64,000 nt of DNA from a virus (Duplodnaviria > Caudoviricetes): the IMG/VR virus record IMGVR_UViG_3300032247_000689, positions 31,816 through 95,815 of that record, one strand, 5' to 3'. The position numbers and the translations under genes are program-made. Of the stretch, positions 23,901-33,406 are shown piece by piece (the stretch's first letter is position 1; each line of letters starts with the position of its first letter). The notes under the pieces were generated by a model. That model searched no databases. It saw nothing but the letters and a program-made list of their open reading frames with translations, and was not told the DNA's origin.

Positions 23901-25841
23901 ATTAAAGCACTGCGTCTAATCGCAGCACTATCTGTAGCAACATTTGCCGCTTTCTTTCCATCACTATTTGCATCATCAGCACAAGCATCTTGTGTAACAA
24001 CCGCACAGTCTATAGTGACTGCGGCAACAGCTTCTACCTTTTTAAACACCGATAGCGTAACAGTAGGCGCGGATGGTGCTGCCACCACATCAACTCCCGT
24101 TGTTGTACAAAATACATGTGGTGGAGACGATGTCTCATATCAAGTAGCGCTTCCAACAACTATTAATTTTGCGGGTACTGATTACAACGCTGTATACGCT
24201 ACTACTAACTCAACTATTGTTTTTGGGCGTCAAGATAATACCTATTGGGATTTTCCACGCACTACATCTATATCAGTAAACTCTTATGACTGGGTAGTCC
24301 TTAGTACCGCTAATACCCCTGGTTATCCAGCACAATGGCAATCTACAGATGAGCATTTAATTGTTACATCAAGCCAAGCAGGTTTTCAAGTAGACCTTGC
24401 TGTTCGTCCTTATGGAGCTAACGTAGCAAATACGCCGCTGTCAACTATTGTTGTTACTGCCGCAATTAACGCAGATAACACATTAAACATTACTTATCTA
24501 TCTGATGTCCAACAAGGGCTACAAACAAGAACAGGAGTTCGTCTTCCTGATGGACGTGTAGTAAGCCTTGAAGATGCTGGTCTTACTCGCGTGTACGTTG
24601 CTCCTGTTGTAACCGCTGAAGAGATAGCTCCTGCGCCAACCGTGAGTCCCTCCGCCAGTCCAGAGCCCACTCATTCACCAACTCCTTCTCCAAGTGCCTC
24701 ACCCTCGGTAGCGCCGACAAGTACCCCAACACCATCCCCAAGCCCAACGCCAACACAAACACCACAACCAAGTCCATCACCTACTCCTTCCCCATCGCCT
24801 TCGCCATCTGATAGTCCAGCGCCATCTCCAACTCCGACACCCGAAGTAACGCCTTCTCCAACTCCGTCTCCAACTCCTGAACCCGAGCCAACCAGTACCC
24901 CTGTGTTGCCAGAACCATCGCCTACTCCCCCACCCGCTCCGCAACCAGAACCTGCTCCACGACCAGACCCTGTTGTTGCTCCTGTCCCACCCGTTGTCGA
25001 GCCAGAACCTTTGCCAATGCCACCTGAGCCGCCCGCTCTAGAGCCTGAGCCGTCTCCAGAACCTGCTCCTGAGGTAATTCCTGACCCACAGCCTACTCCT
25101 GACCCTGTGCCTGTTGTAGAGCCTGTTCCAACCCCTGAGCCGCAACCAGAGCCGCAACCAACCCCAGAACCCGCACCTGCTCCTGAGCCAGCTCCAGAAC
25201 CCGCTCCTGAGCCTGCTCCAACGCCTGAACCAATGCCTGCACCTGCACCTGAACCCCCTGCTGTAATAGAAGTGACTGCTGATACTACTGCAGAAACATG
25301 GGTTCCTGCTGTAGCGCCAGAAGAATACCTTACACAAGCTGAAATCAAAGCATATGACAAAATTGGTCTAGTCCCTAACAACCCAGACCAGCTTCCAACA
25401 GATGTTCCAAAAGAAGCACCAAAAGAAGCGCTAGTTCCGCATATTCAAGTAGACGTGCCTGGCGTTGAAAACGGCGGTATTCAGTTCTTTGGTACTAAAA
25501 CCTCACCTCAAGTTGTAAATGAGGATGGAACACTTACACCCCCAGCGCCGCCTCCTGGTTCAGGCCTCCCAATACCTGCTGATGCAATTACAATTGCAGA
25601 TACATTCATCGGGCAACCAGGCGGAACAACATTCAATGCACCTGACGTTGCCGTACCCGTAATTGAAACTCCAGTAACTGGAGCTATTGCAGCCGTACCA
25701 GGCGTTCAAGCACTCAATCATGCATTCGTTGCTATGGCAAACATTGGCAACGATATGAGCCCAGTTACTCGTAAAAAAGCTAAAAAGATATTAGTTATCA
25801 CAACCGTGATAGCTGCAGTGAGAAGGAGATTCGGTAGCTAA
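23901..25841 (+). CDS. Secreted/surface Pro-rich protein with a C-terminal membrane anchor (probable ATT start)
   Basis: In-frame signal peptide [29 protein letters not shown] upstream of the ORF-track start; long SP/TP/EP linker; [16 protein letters not shown]. Confidence 0.7.
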   Translation: MKALRLIAALSVATFAAFFPSLFASSAQASCVTTAQSIVTAATASTFLNTDSVTVGADGAATTSTPVVVQNTCGGDDVSYQVALPTTINFAGTDYNAVYATTNSTIVFGRQDNTYWDFPRTTSISVNSYDWVVLSTANTPGYPAQWQSTDEHLIVTSSQAGFQVDLAVRPYGANVANTPLSTIVVTAAINADNTLNITYLSDVQQGLQTRTGVRLPDGRVVSLEDAGLTRVYVAPVVTAEEIAPAPTVSPSASPEPTHSPTPSPSASPSVAPTSTPTPSPSPTPTQTPQPSPSPTPSPSPSPSDSPAPSPTPTPEVTPSPTPSPTPEPEPTSTPVLPEPSPTPPPAPQPEPAPRPDPVVAPVPPVVEPEPLPMPPEPPALEPEPSPEPAPEVIPDPQPTPDPVPVVEPVPTPEPQPEPQPTPEPAPAPEPAPEPAPEPAPTPEPMPAPAPEPPAVIEVTADTTAETWVPAVAPEEYLTQAEIKAYDKIGLVPNNPDQLPTDVPKEAPKEALVPHIQVDVPGVENGGIQFFGTKTSPQVVNEDGTLTPPAPPPGSGLPIPADAITIADTFIGQPGGTTFNAPDVAVPVIETPVTGAIAAVPGVQALNHAFVAMANIGNDMSPVTRKKAKKILVITTVIAAVRRRFGS

Positions 25842-26023
25842 TGCGACAATTCTTTAAAGACATTTCTAAAGATTTCTTTAGTGAAATTTGGACCTTTGTA
25901 GGTTTATTCTCTGCGTGGCTTGTTCTAACAGGTAGCGCAAAAAACGTTATTGGAAAAGTAACACTTGCATCTTTTGTTGTATGGTGCATCACACTCCGAC
26001 TTCGTAACCCAGGAGATGAATAA
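25841..26023 (+). CDS. Small two-TM membrane protein
   Basis: Two hydrophobic segments; TAATG coupling. Confidence 0.65.
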   Translation: MRQFFKDISKDFFSEIWTFVGLFSAWLVLTGSAKNVIGKVTLASFVVWCITLRLRNPGDE

Positions 26024-26385
26024 TGAAAAGTGGATTTAAACTAACAGGAAATATCCTGCTTCGTATCGTAGCTGTATTTGCAGCTAGCGGCCTCGGAGTA
26101 ATCGGTGCTGGTTCTATTGCAGGTATTTCGGTTCTTAAAGCAGTAACAGTTGCTGGTCTTACAGCAGTAGCCGCCGTAGTAGAAAAGCTAGCACGTGGCT
26201 TTATGAATGACGGCAAGCTATCACTAGACGAGATTAATTCCGCATTTGCAGCAGTTGATGTAAATTCTAAGACAGCAGCTGACCTTCAGGTTGAGGCTAA
26301 TCAATCAGGTACAGCAATTACAATTGCACCAGAAAAACCTAAAGCAGACTCAGCAGCACCAGAAGACGACCCACACTACAACTAG
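26023..26385 (+). CDS. Putative holin
   Basis: Two TM segments immediately before the endolysin. Confidence 0.55.
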   Translation: MKSGFKLTGNILLRIVAVFAASGLGVIGAGSIAGISVLKAVTVAGLTAVAAVVEKLARGFMNDGKLSLDEINSAFAAVDVNSKTAADLQVEANQSGTAITIAPEKPKADSAAPEDDPHYN

Positions 26386-26394
26386 GAGTAAAAA

Positions 26395-27201
26395 ATGGCA
26401 TTAGGAAACGTAGGAAATCCCGTACCACCAGTCACAAACGCTAAGCCAGGAACATCAGCTCGTATGCTTGAGGTGGCTAGGTCACAAGTTGGTGTTATTG
26501 AAGGACCAAAAGATAACGAAACAATTTACGGCGCCTTTACAAAAACTAACTTCCAAGCATGGTGCGGAGCGCTTATGATGTGGTGCGCCGATAAAGCTGG
26601 AGTAAAGATTCCTAATACTGTCTACACTCCAACAGGTGCGGCAGCATTTAAGAAGGCTGGAACTTGGGCGGATGCAGCAGATGCTCACCCACAGCCAGGT
26701 GACCTTGTTTACTTCTCATTTATTCCCCATGCCCTACCAACATCACCAATCCAACACGTAGGTATTGTGGTTAAGGACAATGGCGATGGCACAGTAACAA
26801 CTGTTGAAGGAAACACCACACCAGACTCAAAGCCAAAGGGTTCACCTAATAATGGTGGCGAATGCGCTATGAATGTCCGTGCCTACAAGGTTGATAATAA
26901 GCGCCACCTCTGGTGCTCAATCGTTGGTTTTGGTCGTCCCGCTTACAAAGATGGCACTGTTCTAACCCCATCAACTCCAGTAGCAAAGGTACTACCAGAG
27001 TTCCCAGGTCAGATTAAGCCTGGAGATAAAGGAGAAGGCGTAAAGCTCATCCAGCAGGCCCTTGACCTAGATGCTGATGGAGATTACGGCCCAGCTACAA
27101 AGAAAGCGATAATTGCTATCCAAGACAGCCATGACCATCTAGATTCTAATGGAATCGTTGGCCCAGCTACTTGGGCAGAGATTATGAAGCACCTCGATTA
27201 A
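26395..27201 (+). CDS. Endolysin: CHAP domain + peptidoglycan-binding domain
   Basis: AWCG, PQPGDLVYF, HVGIV, TVEGNT; C-terminal DGDYGPAT...NGIVGPATW. Confidence 0.88.
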   Translation: MALGNVGNPVPPVTNAKPGTSARMLEVARSQVGVIEGPKDNETIYGAFTKTNFQAWCGALMMWCADKAGVKIPNTVYTPTGAAAFKKAGTWADAADAHPQPGDLVYFSFIPHALPTSPIQHVGIVVKDNGDGTVTTVEGNTTPDSKPKGSPNNGGECAMNVRAYKVDNKRHLWCSIVGFGRPAYKDGTVLTPSTPVAKVLPEFPGQIKPGDKGEGVKLIQQALDLDADGDYGPATKKAIIAIQDSHDHLDSNGIVGPATWAEIMKHLD

Positions 27202-27313
27202 TTGATGACTGATGCTGAACGCATAAGGCGCTATACCTGCGCCTTATGCGACAAGCGGTTTGTTGTACCTGATTTAGCACGAATGTGCGAACAAAAACAC
27301 TTAGAATCAGAAG

Positions 27314-27679
27314 ATGAAATCACGACACTCTACCGCTCTTGACGCCGCTGATGCTATTGGCGCTATGGTCAAGCAGGGCACCCGTACAACTGGCAAATCT
27401 CTTCTTACTAAGAAGAAGATGACTGCTTCAAAGAAAAGCTCTAATAAGCCAACAACATCTAAGCCCGCGGCAGAGGTTAAGCCAGAGCCTAAAAAGCCTG
27501 CACCAAAGCCAACTAAAGCTCCTGCTAAAAAAGCTCCTGCAAAGAAGACAGAGCCAAAGATAGAGAAGAAACTTTACTCAGAGCCTAAGCCAAGTTTTAA
27601 GTTTACAAGTGAGCCTGTTGATTTAACAAAGATTGATAGTTCTTCTGGATATAAAGTAACTGATAAGCGTTCTAAATGA
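27314..27679 (+). CDS. Lys/Pro-rich basic protein
   Basis: PAKKAPAKK repeats. Confidence 0.6.
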   Translation: MKSRHSTALDAADAIGAMVKQGTRTTGKSLLTKKKMTASKKSSNKPTTSKPAAEVKPEPKKPAPKPTKAPAKKAPAKKTEPKIEKKLYSEPKPSFKFTSEPVDLTKIDSSSGYKVTDKRSK

Positions 27680-28045
27680 GAAAGAAGAAGCAACCAGGCA
27701 TTACCTCTGAGGTAAAGTCGGCTATAACTCCCCCAGTAAAGGGGCGTCAATGGAGAGAGCGCCTTACCAGAGTTGGCGTGGTTACTTCACCTGTTAAAGG
27801 CAAAGACACTAACGCAAAGCAATGGAACCGCTGGACTCCATGAAAAGAAAGTCTGAGTTTAAGCAAAGCGTTGCAAAACCAGCAAAATATATAGACTCTC
27901 GTTTTGGCATTCGCCGCATATTCCTTACCAAGCAGGAGCGCCCTAGAGTTGCTCAATACACACGGCCTGGAAAAGGACCTAACGGAGAGCATTTAAATTA
28001 ATCGTTTTCACTGTAAACTTTAAATAGCCTATCGAAAGGACCCAT

Positions 28046-28696
28046 ATGGCGGCCTCCTACCCTAGTTCCGTTAAGGTCTTTCCTACCCACGTTAACGTAA
28101 CTGAAGTTATTGACGCTGGTCACCCAAATACCATTCAAGATGAAGTGGTTGCGGTTGAGAGCACACTTGGTGTTCTCCCTAGCCTTTCTACAACCCCATC
28201 ACCTAGCGGTTCGTTTAACGGCACCTCATACCTTTTCTCAACTGTCTCAGACCGTATTGCCAACATAGAAACTGGCGTTGTTGCAGATACTCATACCCAA
28301 TATATTCGCAAGTCTGGTGACACAGCAAACGTCATCCAACCTGGCGCAAATACCACTAAAGGTTTAGTGATTAAAGGTGCAGCTAGCCAATCTGCAAACC
28401 TATTAGAGCTTCAGAACAATGCAGGCACCGTCGTTGCTTATATTGACGCAAGCGGTAACTTAACTGCTAATAACGTAACTGGCGGCGCATATGTTCTTTT
28501 ATCCACAGTAACAGCAAAAGGTGATTTGATTGCGGCTACTGGCTCAGGGGCTGTGGCTAACCTTCCAGCTGGAACTAATGGATATGTTCTTACAGCAGAC
28601 AGCGCCCAAACCACAGGACTCAAGTGGGCAGCCGCATCTAGCGGAACAGATAGCTCATCAGGTTTTGTTGGAAACTTCTTATTAGGCGGTATGTAA
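28046..28696 (+). CDS. Virion structural (fibre-like) protein
   Basis: TAKGDLIAATG...LPAGTNGYVLTADS...GLKW fibre motif; ends FLLGGM. Confidence 0.7.
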   Translation: MAASYPSSVKVFPTHVNVTEVIDAGHPNTIQDEVVAVESTLGVLPSLSTTPSPSGSFNGTSYLFSTVSDRIANIETGVVADTHTQYIRKSGDTANVIQPGANTTKGLVIKGAASQSANLLELQNNAGTVVAYIDASGNLTANNVTGGAYVLLSTVTAKGDLIAATGSGAVANLPAGTNGYVLTADSAQTTGLKWAAASSGTDSSSGFVGNFLLGGM

Positions 28697-28971
28697 TGGC
28701 AACATCAGAAGCATGGCAGCGCTCAGCGGGTAAGAACCCAAAGGGCGGTCTTAATGAAAAAGGACGTAAGTCCTACGAGAAGGCACACCCAGGTAGTAAT
28801 CTTAAACCACCCGTTAAAAAAGAGCAGGCAAAGAAATCACCTAAGTCTGCTGCACGTCGCAAGTCTTTCTGTGCTCGCATGGAAGGCATGAAGAAACAAA
28901 ATACGTCTACTAAAACCGCTAAAGACCCAAACAGCCGTATTAATAAATCCTTGCGCGCATGGGATTGTTAA
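28696..28971 (+). CDS. Basic phage protein (DUF6321-like)
   Basis: GKNPKGGLNEKGR...RRKSFCARM...SLRAWDC. Confidence 0.75.
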   Translation: MATSEAWQRSAGKNPKGGLNEKGRKSYEKAHPGSNLKPPVKKEQAKKSPKSAARRKSFCARMEGMKKQNTSTKTAKDPNSRINKSLRAWDC

Positions 28972-28997
28972 TACTCTTATCTAGATAAAGGAAACAT

Positions 28998-30137
28998 ATG
29001 TCAAGTTATATCTCACCTGCACCACAGGGTGACCCAAAGGCTACAGGAGCATATGCTGTAGCAATTGCGGCAACCTCAGGTTCAGTAAACAATGATGGGC
29101 ATGCTACAGACTCAGCGGGCAACGTAGCCGTTGACCAGGTCTGGGGTAACTTCCCACTACAGCCAAACGATGTCCGCCGTGTTGCAGCAAGTAACTTTGG
29201 TGGAGCCCGCGGAAGCGATGTAGTAACAATTACTTCTGGTGGAACAATGCAGAACGTTCCAGGAAAAGATGCAGACTATGGATGGTCTGCAACTACTATG
29301 GTTGCATCAGACAACCTAGCTTACGGCAATCTTACAAAATCCCTTAACAATGGAATCACATTTGCTGTTAAGCCAGATAGCCATGAGCTTGCAGAATCAG
29401 GTTACTCAGGATATCCAGCAAACGTTCGTGGAAATCAAGCTGTATACATCATTACACAGGCAACTGGTAATGGAAGTACACAGACTTACACAGCTCCAAA
29501 CAACTTCCTTAAGGCAGGGGATACAGTAAACATTACTGGAACTGGCCTTGATGGAAACAGCCTCACAGTAGCAACAGCAAACCGCTACACATTCACAGTA
29601 TCTGCTTCAGGAACTGGGACCTACATCAACATCTCTGGTCGTGTTCGTTATACAGATGAAGTCACTGCAAACGATGGTTCTTATGTTTCTGGTGTTGCTT
29701 ATGTAAGGGTACCTAGCGTTCTAGGATTTACCACAGCTTCTGCTGTAGACGTTATGACCGATGTTGAACTCATTCAAACAACGGCATCTGCAGCTACAAA
29801 CACAGCTACACAGCCAACTCGTATTAACGTAACAGCAACTGACACAGCAACTGTATACGTTTCTGGCGGAACAAGTACATGGCCAGTTGGTACTAAGGTA
29901 ACTATTGCAGCGGGTACAGGTATCCCAGCAGCACTTGTTGGTACTTGGACAGTAACTGGTGGCTCAGGAAGCACACTCGTTATTACAGGTTCAGGATGGA
30001 CTGTTGCAGACACAAGTTCTATCACACCTGGAACACGTCTCACTGGTACATCTGGAACAATCAAATCTCAATCTATTGCGGCTGGCACAGGCTCAATTGC
30101 AGCTGGTGCAGCGGTCACGATTACACCTTGGGCTTAA
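28998..30137 (+). CDS. Putative virion protein with an interrupted PASTA-like domain
   Basis: VPSVLGFTTASA...[insert]...GTIKSQSIAAG...GAAVTITP. Confidence 0.6.
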   Translation: MSSYISPAPQGDPKATGAYAVAIAATSGSVNNDGHATDSAGNVAVDQVWGNFPLQPNDVRRVAASNFGGARGSDVVTITSGGTMQNVPGKDADYGWSATTMVASDNLAYGNLTKSLNNGITFAVKPDSHELAESGYSGYPANVRGNQAVYIITQATGNGSTQTYTAPNNFLKAGDTVNITGTGLDGNSLTVATANRYTFTVSASGTGTYINISGRVRYTDEVTANDGSYVSGVAYVRVPSVLGFTTASAVDVMTDVELIQTTASAATNTATQPTRINVTATDTATVYVSGGTSTWPVGTKVTIAAGTGIPAALVGTWTVTGGSGSTLVITGSGWTVADTSSITPGTRLTGTSGTIKSQSIAAGTGSIAAGAAVTITPWA

Positions 30138-30148
30138 TAGCCTAATAA

Positions 30149-30183
30149 CAAAAAGCCCCTGGCAGTTTGCCAGGGGCTTTTTG
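30149..30183. terminator. Bidirectional intrinsic terminator
   Basis: AAAAAGCCCCTGGCA-GTT-TGCCAGGGGCTTTTT between convergent genes. Confidence 0.9.
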
Positions 30184-30462
30184 CTATGCAATGCGTTTTG
30201 TCTTACGCATGCGTACACGGTCCCATTCTGTAGTTCCTCCCCAGATGCCGAACAGCTCCTCGTGTTTGAGTGCGTATTCAAGGCACGGATGCTTGAAGTC
30301 ACACGCCCCACATATGGGGCGCACTAGCCTTATCTTCTCTCGTGCATCTATCTTGTTCTCTGGGAAGAACAGCTCTGGGTCTACTTGTGCGCAGACCTGT
30401 GAGCCGTCAAAGGATGGTGCATTAGTACCACCCGTGCTTAATCCAGAATGCTTTTGCTCCAC
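30184..30462 (-). CDS. whiB: WhiB-family Fe-S transcription factor (WhiB2/WhmD-like; start probably GTG 30462)
   Basis: CAQVDPELFFPE...CGAC...CLEYAL...GIWGG. Confidence 0.92.
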   Translation of the reverse strand: MEQKHSGLSTGGTNAPSFDGSQVCAQVDPELFFPENKIDAREKIRLVRPICGACDFKHPCLEYALKHEELFGIWGGTTEWDRVRMRKTKRIA

Positions 30463-30946
30463 ATGCGCTCCCGTATCGTTTTTCAATATAACGTAACCCA
30501 TACTTAACCTGAAGTTGTGCTGACTGTGTTTGTGTGACCTTATAGTTACCCCAGGTGCTTGGCAAGAACTGTGCTATGCCAAACGCGCCCGAGTGCTTAT
30601 TTAAAGCTTTTGGATTGAAATGGCTCTCGTTTTTCCAGACGTACTGGAGACACTTCCATTCAGACATACTCCAACCATTGGAATACACAGTGAGGAACGT
30701 AAGCGCTTCAGCGTCAAAATACTTAGCTTGGTTGCTAGTAATTGATGCCCGAGCCTGTGAGCGAGTTGTTTGTACTTTTAAGTAAGCCAGCGAAACGGTG
30801 ACAGGCTTTTCTTTTACTGTCGGCACCGTTGACGCCTGTAACGCATAGGCAGGTGTTACGACATGCGATAAGGCTATCATCATCGCTGCTCCTGCGTATG
30901 TTACCTTCTTTAGATTAATCGTTAGATTAATTCTGATATTGAGCAT
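30422..30946 (-). CDS. Secreted lytic transglycosylase (SLT-like)
   Basis: Signal/TM segment; ESHFNPKALN...GAFGIAQ...GLRYIEKRYG. Confidence 0.85.
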   Translation of the reverse strand: MLNIRINLTINLKKVTYAGAAMMIALSHVVTPAYALQASTVPTVKEKPVTVSLAYLKVQTTRSQARASITSNQAKYFDAEALTFLTVYSNGWSMSEWKCLQYVWKNESHFNPKALNKHSGAFGIAQFLPSTWGNYKVTQTQSAQLQVKYGLRYIEKRYGSACGAKAFWIKHGWY

Positions 30947-31162
30947 ATTATTGCTCCTCTCAGTTGGCGAAAGCCACTATCGCTAGTGGCCTCTGTCATG
31001 TACTAGCAAAGCAGAGAGTTACAGAGCGTGTCAAGTCTAAACACAGACATTTAACATTTATTTATATAAATTACGTGTAAACTATTAAAAATAACGCTTT
31101 TTGGGCTATAAATCGTAGAACTATTCTGTTAAGAAGTTAACATCATCACAGAATAGGTTTGT

Positions 31163-31414
31163 ATGAGCATAGATACATGGATTGGCATAACCGCAAGCGA
31201 AATTGCAATTTTAGCGGCAGCTGCTGCTGGTGTCAAGTTTTTAGTTAAGAAGTATTTATCAGAGCTTCGCCCTAATGGCGGAAGTTCTATTCACGATAAG
31301 ATTAACAAAGAGATTGTTCCTATGCTTAAAGAGCTACGCGAACATCAGATTGAAATTGGAGAGAAGGTTGCTAAGCTCGAGGGTCGTTTCGAGCAGCATG
31401 TAGACGAGCAATAG
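31163..31414 (+). CDS. Membrane protein (TM + coiled coil)
   Basis: ELRPNGGSSI motif after the TM segment. Confidence 0.7.
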   Translation: MSIDTWIGITASEIAILAAAAAGVKFLVKKYLSELRPNGGSSIHDKINKEIVPMLKELREHQIEIGEKVAKLEGRFEQHVDEQ

Positions 31415-31469
31415 GAGTATGCTAGAGTTTAAGTACGCGGAAATGCCGCGGAAAGAAAGAGAGCATAAA

Positions 31470-31661
31470 GTGGACCTAACCACACTCAAGTCGATGGGCG
31501 GAACATGGCTTCGCGCATCAGTAGCAGCAGTACTCGCGCTTTACCTAAACGGCGAAACTGACCCAAAGAAGTTGTCAGCGGCCTTTCTAGCAGGTATTGC
31601 GGGACCAGCACTTAAGTTCCTTAATCCAAAGGATAAGTCTTACGGCCTAGGCGCAAAGTAA
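31470..31661 (+). CDS. Holin-like membrane protein
   Basis: Two hydrophobic helices; LKFLNPKDKSYG. Confidence 0.6.
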   Translation: MDLTTLKSMGGTWLRASVAAVLALYLNGETDPKKLSAAFLAGIAGPALKFLNPKDKSYGLGAK

Positions 31662-31676
31662 CAATTTAATAGGAAT

Positions 31677-31709
31677 AGGGGTCGCAGAACACACCTGCGG
31701 CCCCTTTTT
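31677..31709 (+). terminator. Intrinsic terminator
   Basis: GGGGTCGCAG...CTGCGGCCCC + TTTTT. Confidence 0.75.
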
Positions 31710-31725
31710 CATTTATACTTACGCT

Positions 31726-31932
31726 ATGGTTAAGTGCGACAACTGCGTGAATCCAGCCTCCTACACACAGGCTGACCCTGGAGTTAATCCAGTCAACTAT
31801 TGCCAAAAGTGTTTACCTGGATGGTTACACAGCCGCGCACTTGCTGGACACTTCCCACTTGTAGAGCCTGTAGCGGATGCTCCAAAAACAACAAGACGGA
31901 AGAAAGCAGCATCCTCAGATGAGAGTGATTAG
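31726..31932 (+). CDS. Small Zn-finger protein (leaderless)
   Basis: TATACT-N6-ATG; CDNC...CQKC. Confidence 0.65.
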   Translation: MVKCDNCVNPASYTQADPGVNPVNYCQKCLPGWLHSRALAGHFPLVEPVADAPKTTRRKKAASSDESD

Positions 31933-32179
31933 ACAACAAGCTATTCAGGTACACCCAGTACCAGATAAGATTACGCCTGAACGTGGGCCATTTCCACGTG
32001 AGCTATTTGATGAGCCAGAGATTGTCTACGCAGACCCAGCATATAGCGAAGATGGTACAAGTTATCTTCCAGGAGCTACCGTGCAAAATAACTATAAGCC
32101 TGTTAAGTATCTACGATGTGTAGTGTGCAACTCTAGAGTTCTTGAGAGTGAGACTTCCCTGCACATATGTGAGGGATAA
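31919..32179 (+). CDS. Hypothetical protein with a C-terminal C2HC motif
   Basis: CVVC...HIC. Confidence 0.55.
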   Translation: MRVIRQQAIQVHPVPDKITPERGPFPRELFDEPEIVYADPAYSEDGTSYLPGATVQNNYKPVKYLRCVVCNSRVLESETSLHICEG

Positions 32180-32766
32180 TGGCTGATAATTACTATGCTA
32201 ATACCCGCCAGCAAAGAGACGAGAACTTAAACCGTATCCTTAATCTTGCGCTTCGTAGCAAAGAAAAAGTAGAACAACAAAGCTCTGTTGACCTAGAGGG
32301 TAAGTTTGCTTGGGACGACGTAACGGTTCTAGCTAATGCTGAATCTGAGGCTACACCTAACTTTGATATCACTATTCCCACAGATGTGATGAGCTCCGCT
32401 GTTGAGATGGAGACCGCCCCTACCTCTAATCCTAAACGACCACGCGCGTGGACTATCGGATACAACCCAGGAACTAGAGCATTACTTGTTATTTTCCGCG
32501 ATAACACATGGTGGCAATATAATAACGTTCCTACTGATTTATGGATTGCACTTAAATCATCTCCGTCAACAGGAAAGTTCTTACGCGAAAGCGGCCTTGA
32601 CCAGTGGTCAGACATGGGGCCTGCAGATATGGATTCATTAAGTGCGGCTACAAAAGAACAGTTTAGTTATACTGCCGCCATCGCATCTAACATTCAGAAT
32701 ACACCGATGTATCAGAGCGTAAAGAAGATTATCCAAGACGAAGGGGTGCCTGACATCAGTCAGTAA
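32179..32766 (+). CDS. KTSC-domain protein
   Basis: IGYNPGTRALLVIFRDNTWWQYNNVPTDLWIALKSSPSTGKFL. Confidence 0.75.
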   Translation: MADNYYANTRQQRDENLNRILNLALRSKEKVEQQSSVDLEGKFAWDDVTVLANAESEATPNFDITIPTDVMSSAVEMETAPTSNPKRPRAWTIGYNPGTRALLVIFRDNTWWQYNNVPTDLWIALKSSPSTGKFLRESGLDQWSDMGPADMDSLSAATKEQFSYTAAIASNIQNTPMYQSVKKIIQDEGVPDISQ

Positions 32767-32767
32767 C

Positions 32768-33064
32768 ATGAAATCATTCGGACCACTATACGCAGGCAAA
32801 CTACGCTATTGGCATAAGAAAGCCCTACCAGTATTAGAGGTAGGCTCTACTCAAGAAACTGAGCACCCATACCGCACAGGCAAATGCTTGGTGGCGCGCA
32901 TACCTTTTACTGAACCTGGGTACTATCTGGGCATTTTCTATAAACGACCTGACATCCATGTAGACGACGATGATGCTATTGATGCGCTATTATCTGAGGC
33001 TATGAAAGGCCGTGTGGCGTGGAAACCAGAGGACGGGTTGTTTGATGAAGTTTTTAAAGCGTAA
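32768..33064 (+). CDS. Hypothetical protein
   Basis: In the operon chain. Confidence 0.6.
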   Translation: MKSFGPLYAGKLRYWHKKALPVLEVGSTQETEHPYRTGKCLVARIPFTEPGYYLGIFYKRPDIHVDDDDAIDALLSEAMKGRVAWKPEDGLFDEVFKA

Positions 33065-33290
33065 TAAGAATTGGGACAAGCCGTTCTCAGAGAAGATAGC
33101 TAAGCGCGTTAATCGAATACCTACAGCCGAGCTTGAAACCTATGTAGACCAGTCTATCTACGATATCGGTCGTAACATGTCTACTTATGCCAGAGGTAGA
33201 AACGCTGCGTATCTAGATGAGGCTCTTTTAGCTTCTGAGGTCCTACACGCCATTATTCATGAGCTCAACCTGCGCATGTCGCAAAAGTAG
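33045..33290 (+). CDS. Hypothetical protein
   Basis: Helical ORF before the terminase. Confidence 0.6.
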   Translation: MKFLKRNKNWDKPFSEKIAKRVNRIPTAELETYVDQSIYDIGRNMSTYARGRNAAYLDEALLASEVLHAIIHELNLRMSQK

Positions 33291-33406
33291 TTTTGTCGAC
33301 AATTGTGCTAGTATTGCACTTGCCTCTCTTCTCTCCCCGTAGTGGCAACAAGGAGTCTGAGTTTAACAATTCAGGCTCCTTGTTCTAATTTAGACTAAGG
33401 TTTCAT

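Noticed and set aside
24671-25381. 236-aa Gly/Ser-rich minus-strand ORF
   Set aside because: Antisense shadow of the Pro-rich repeat region.
30947-31010. c-di-AMP (ydaO) riboswitch upstream of the transglycosylase
   Set aside because: The leader is too short and has only a simple hairpin; the conserved ydaO motifs are absent.
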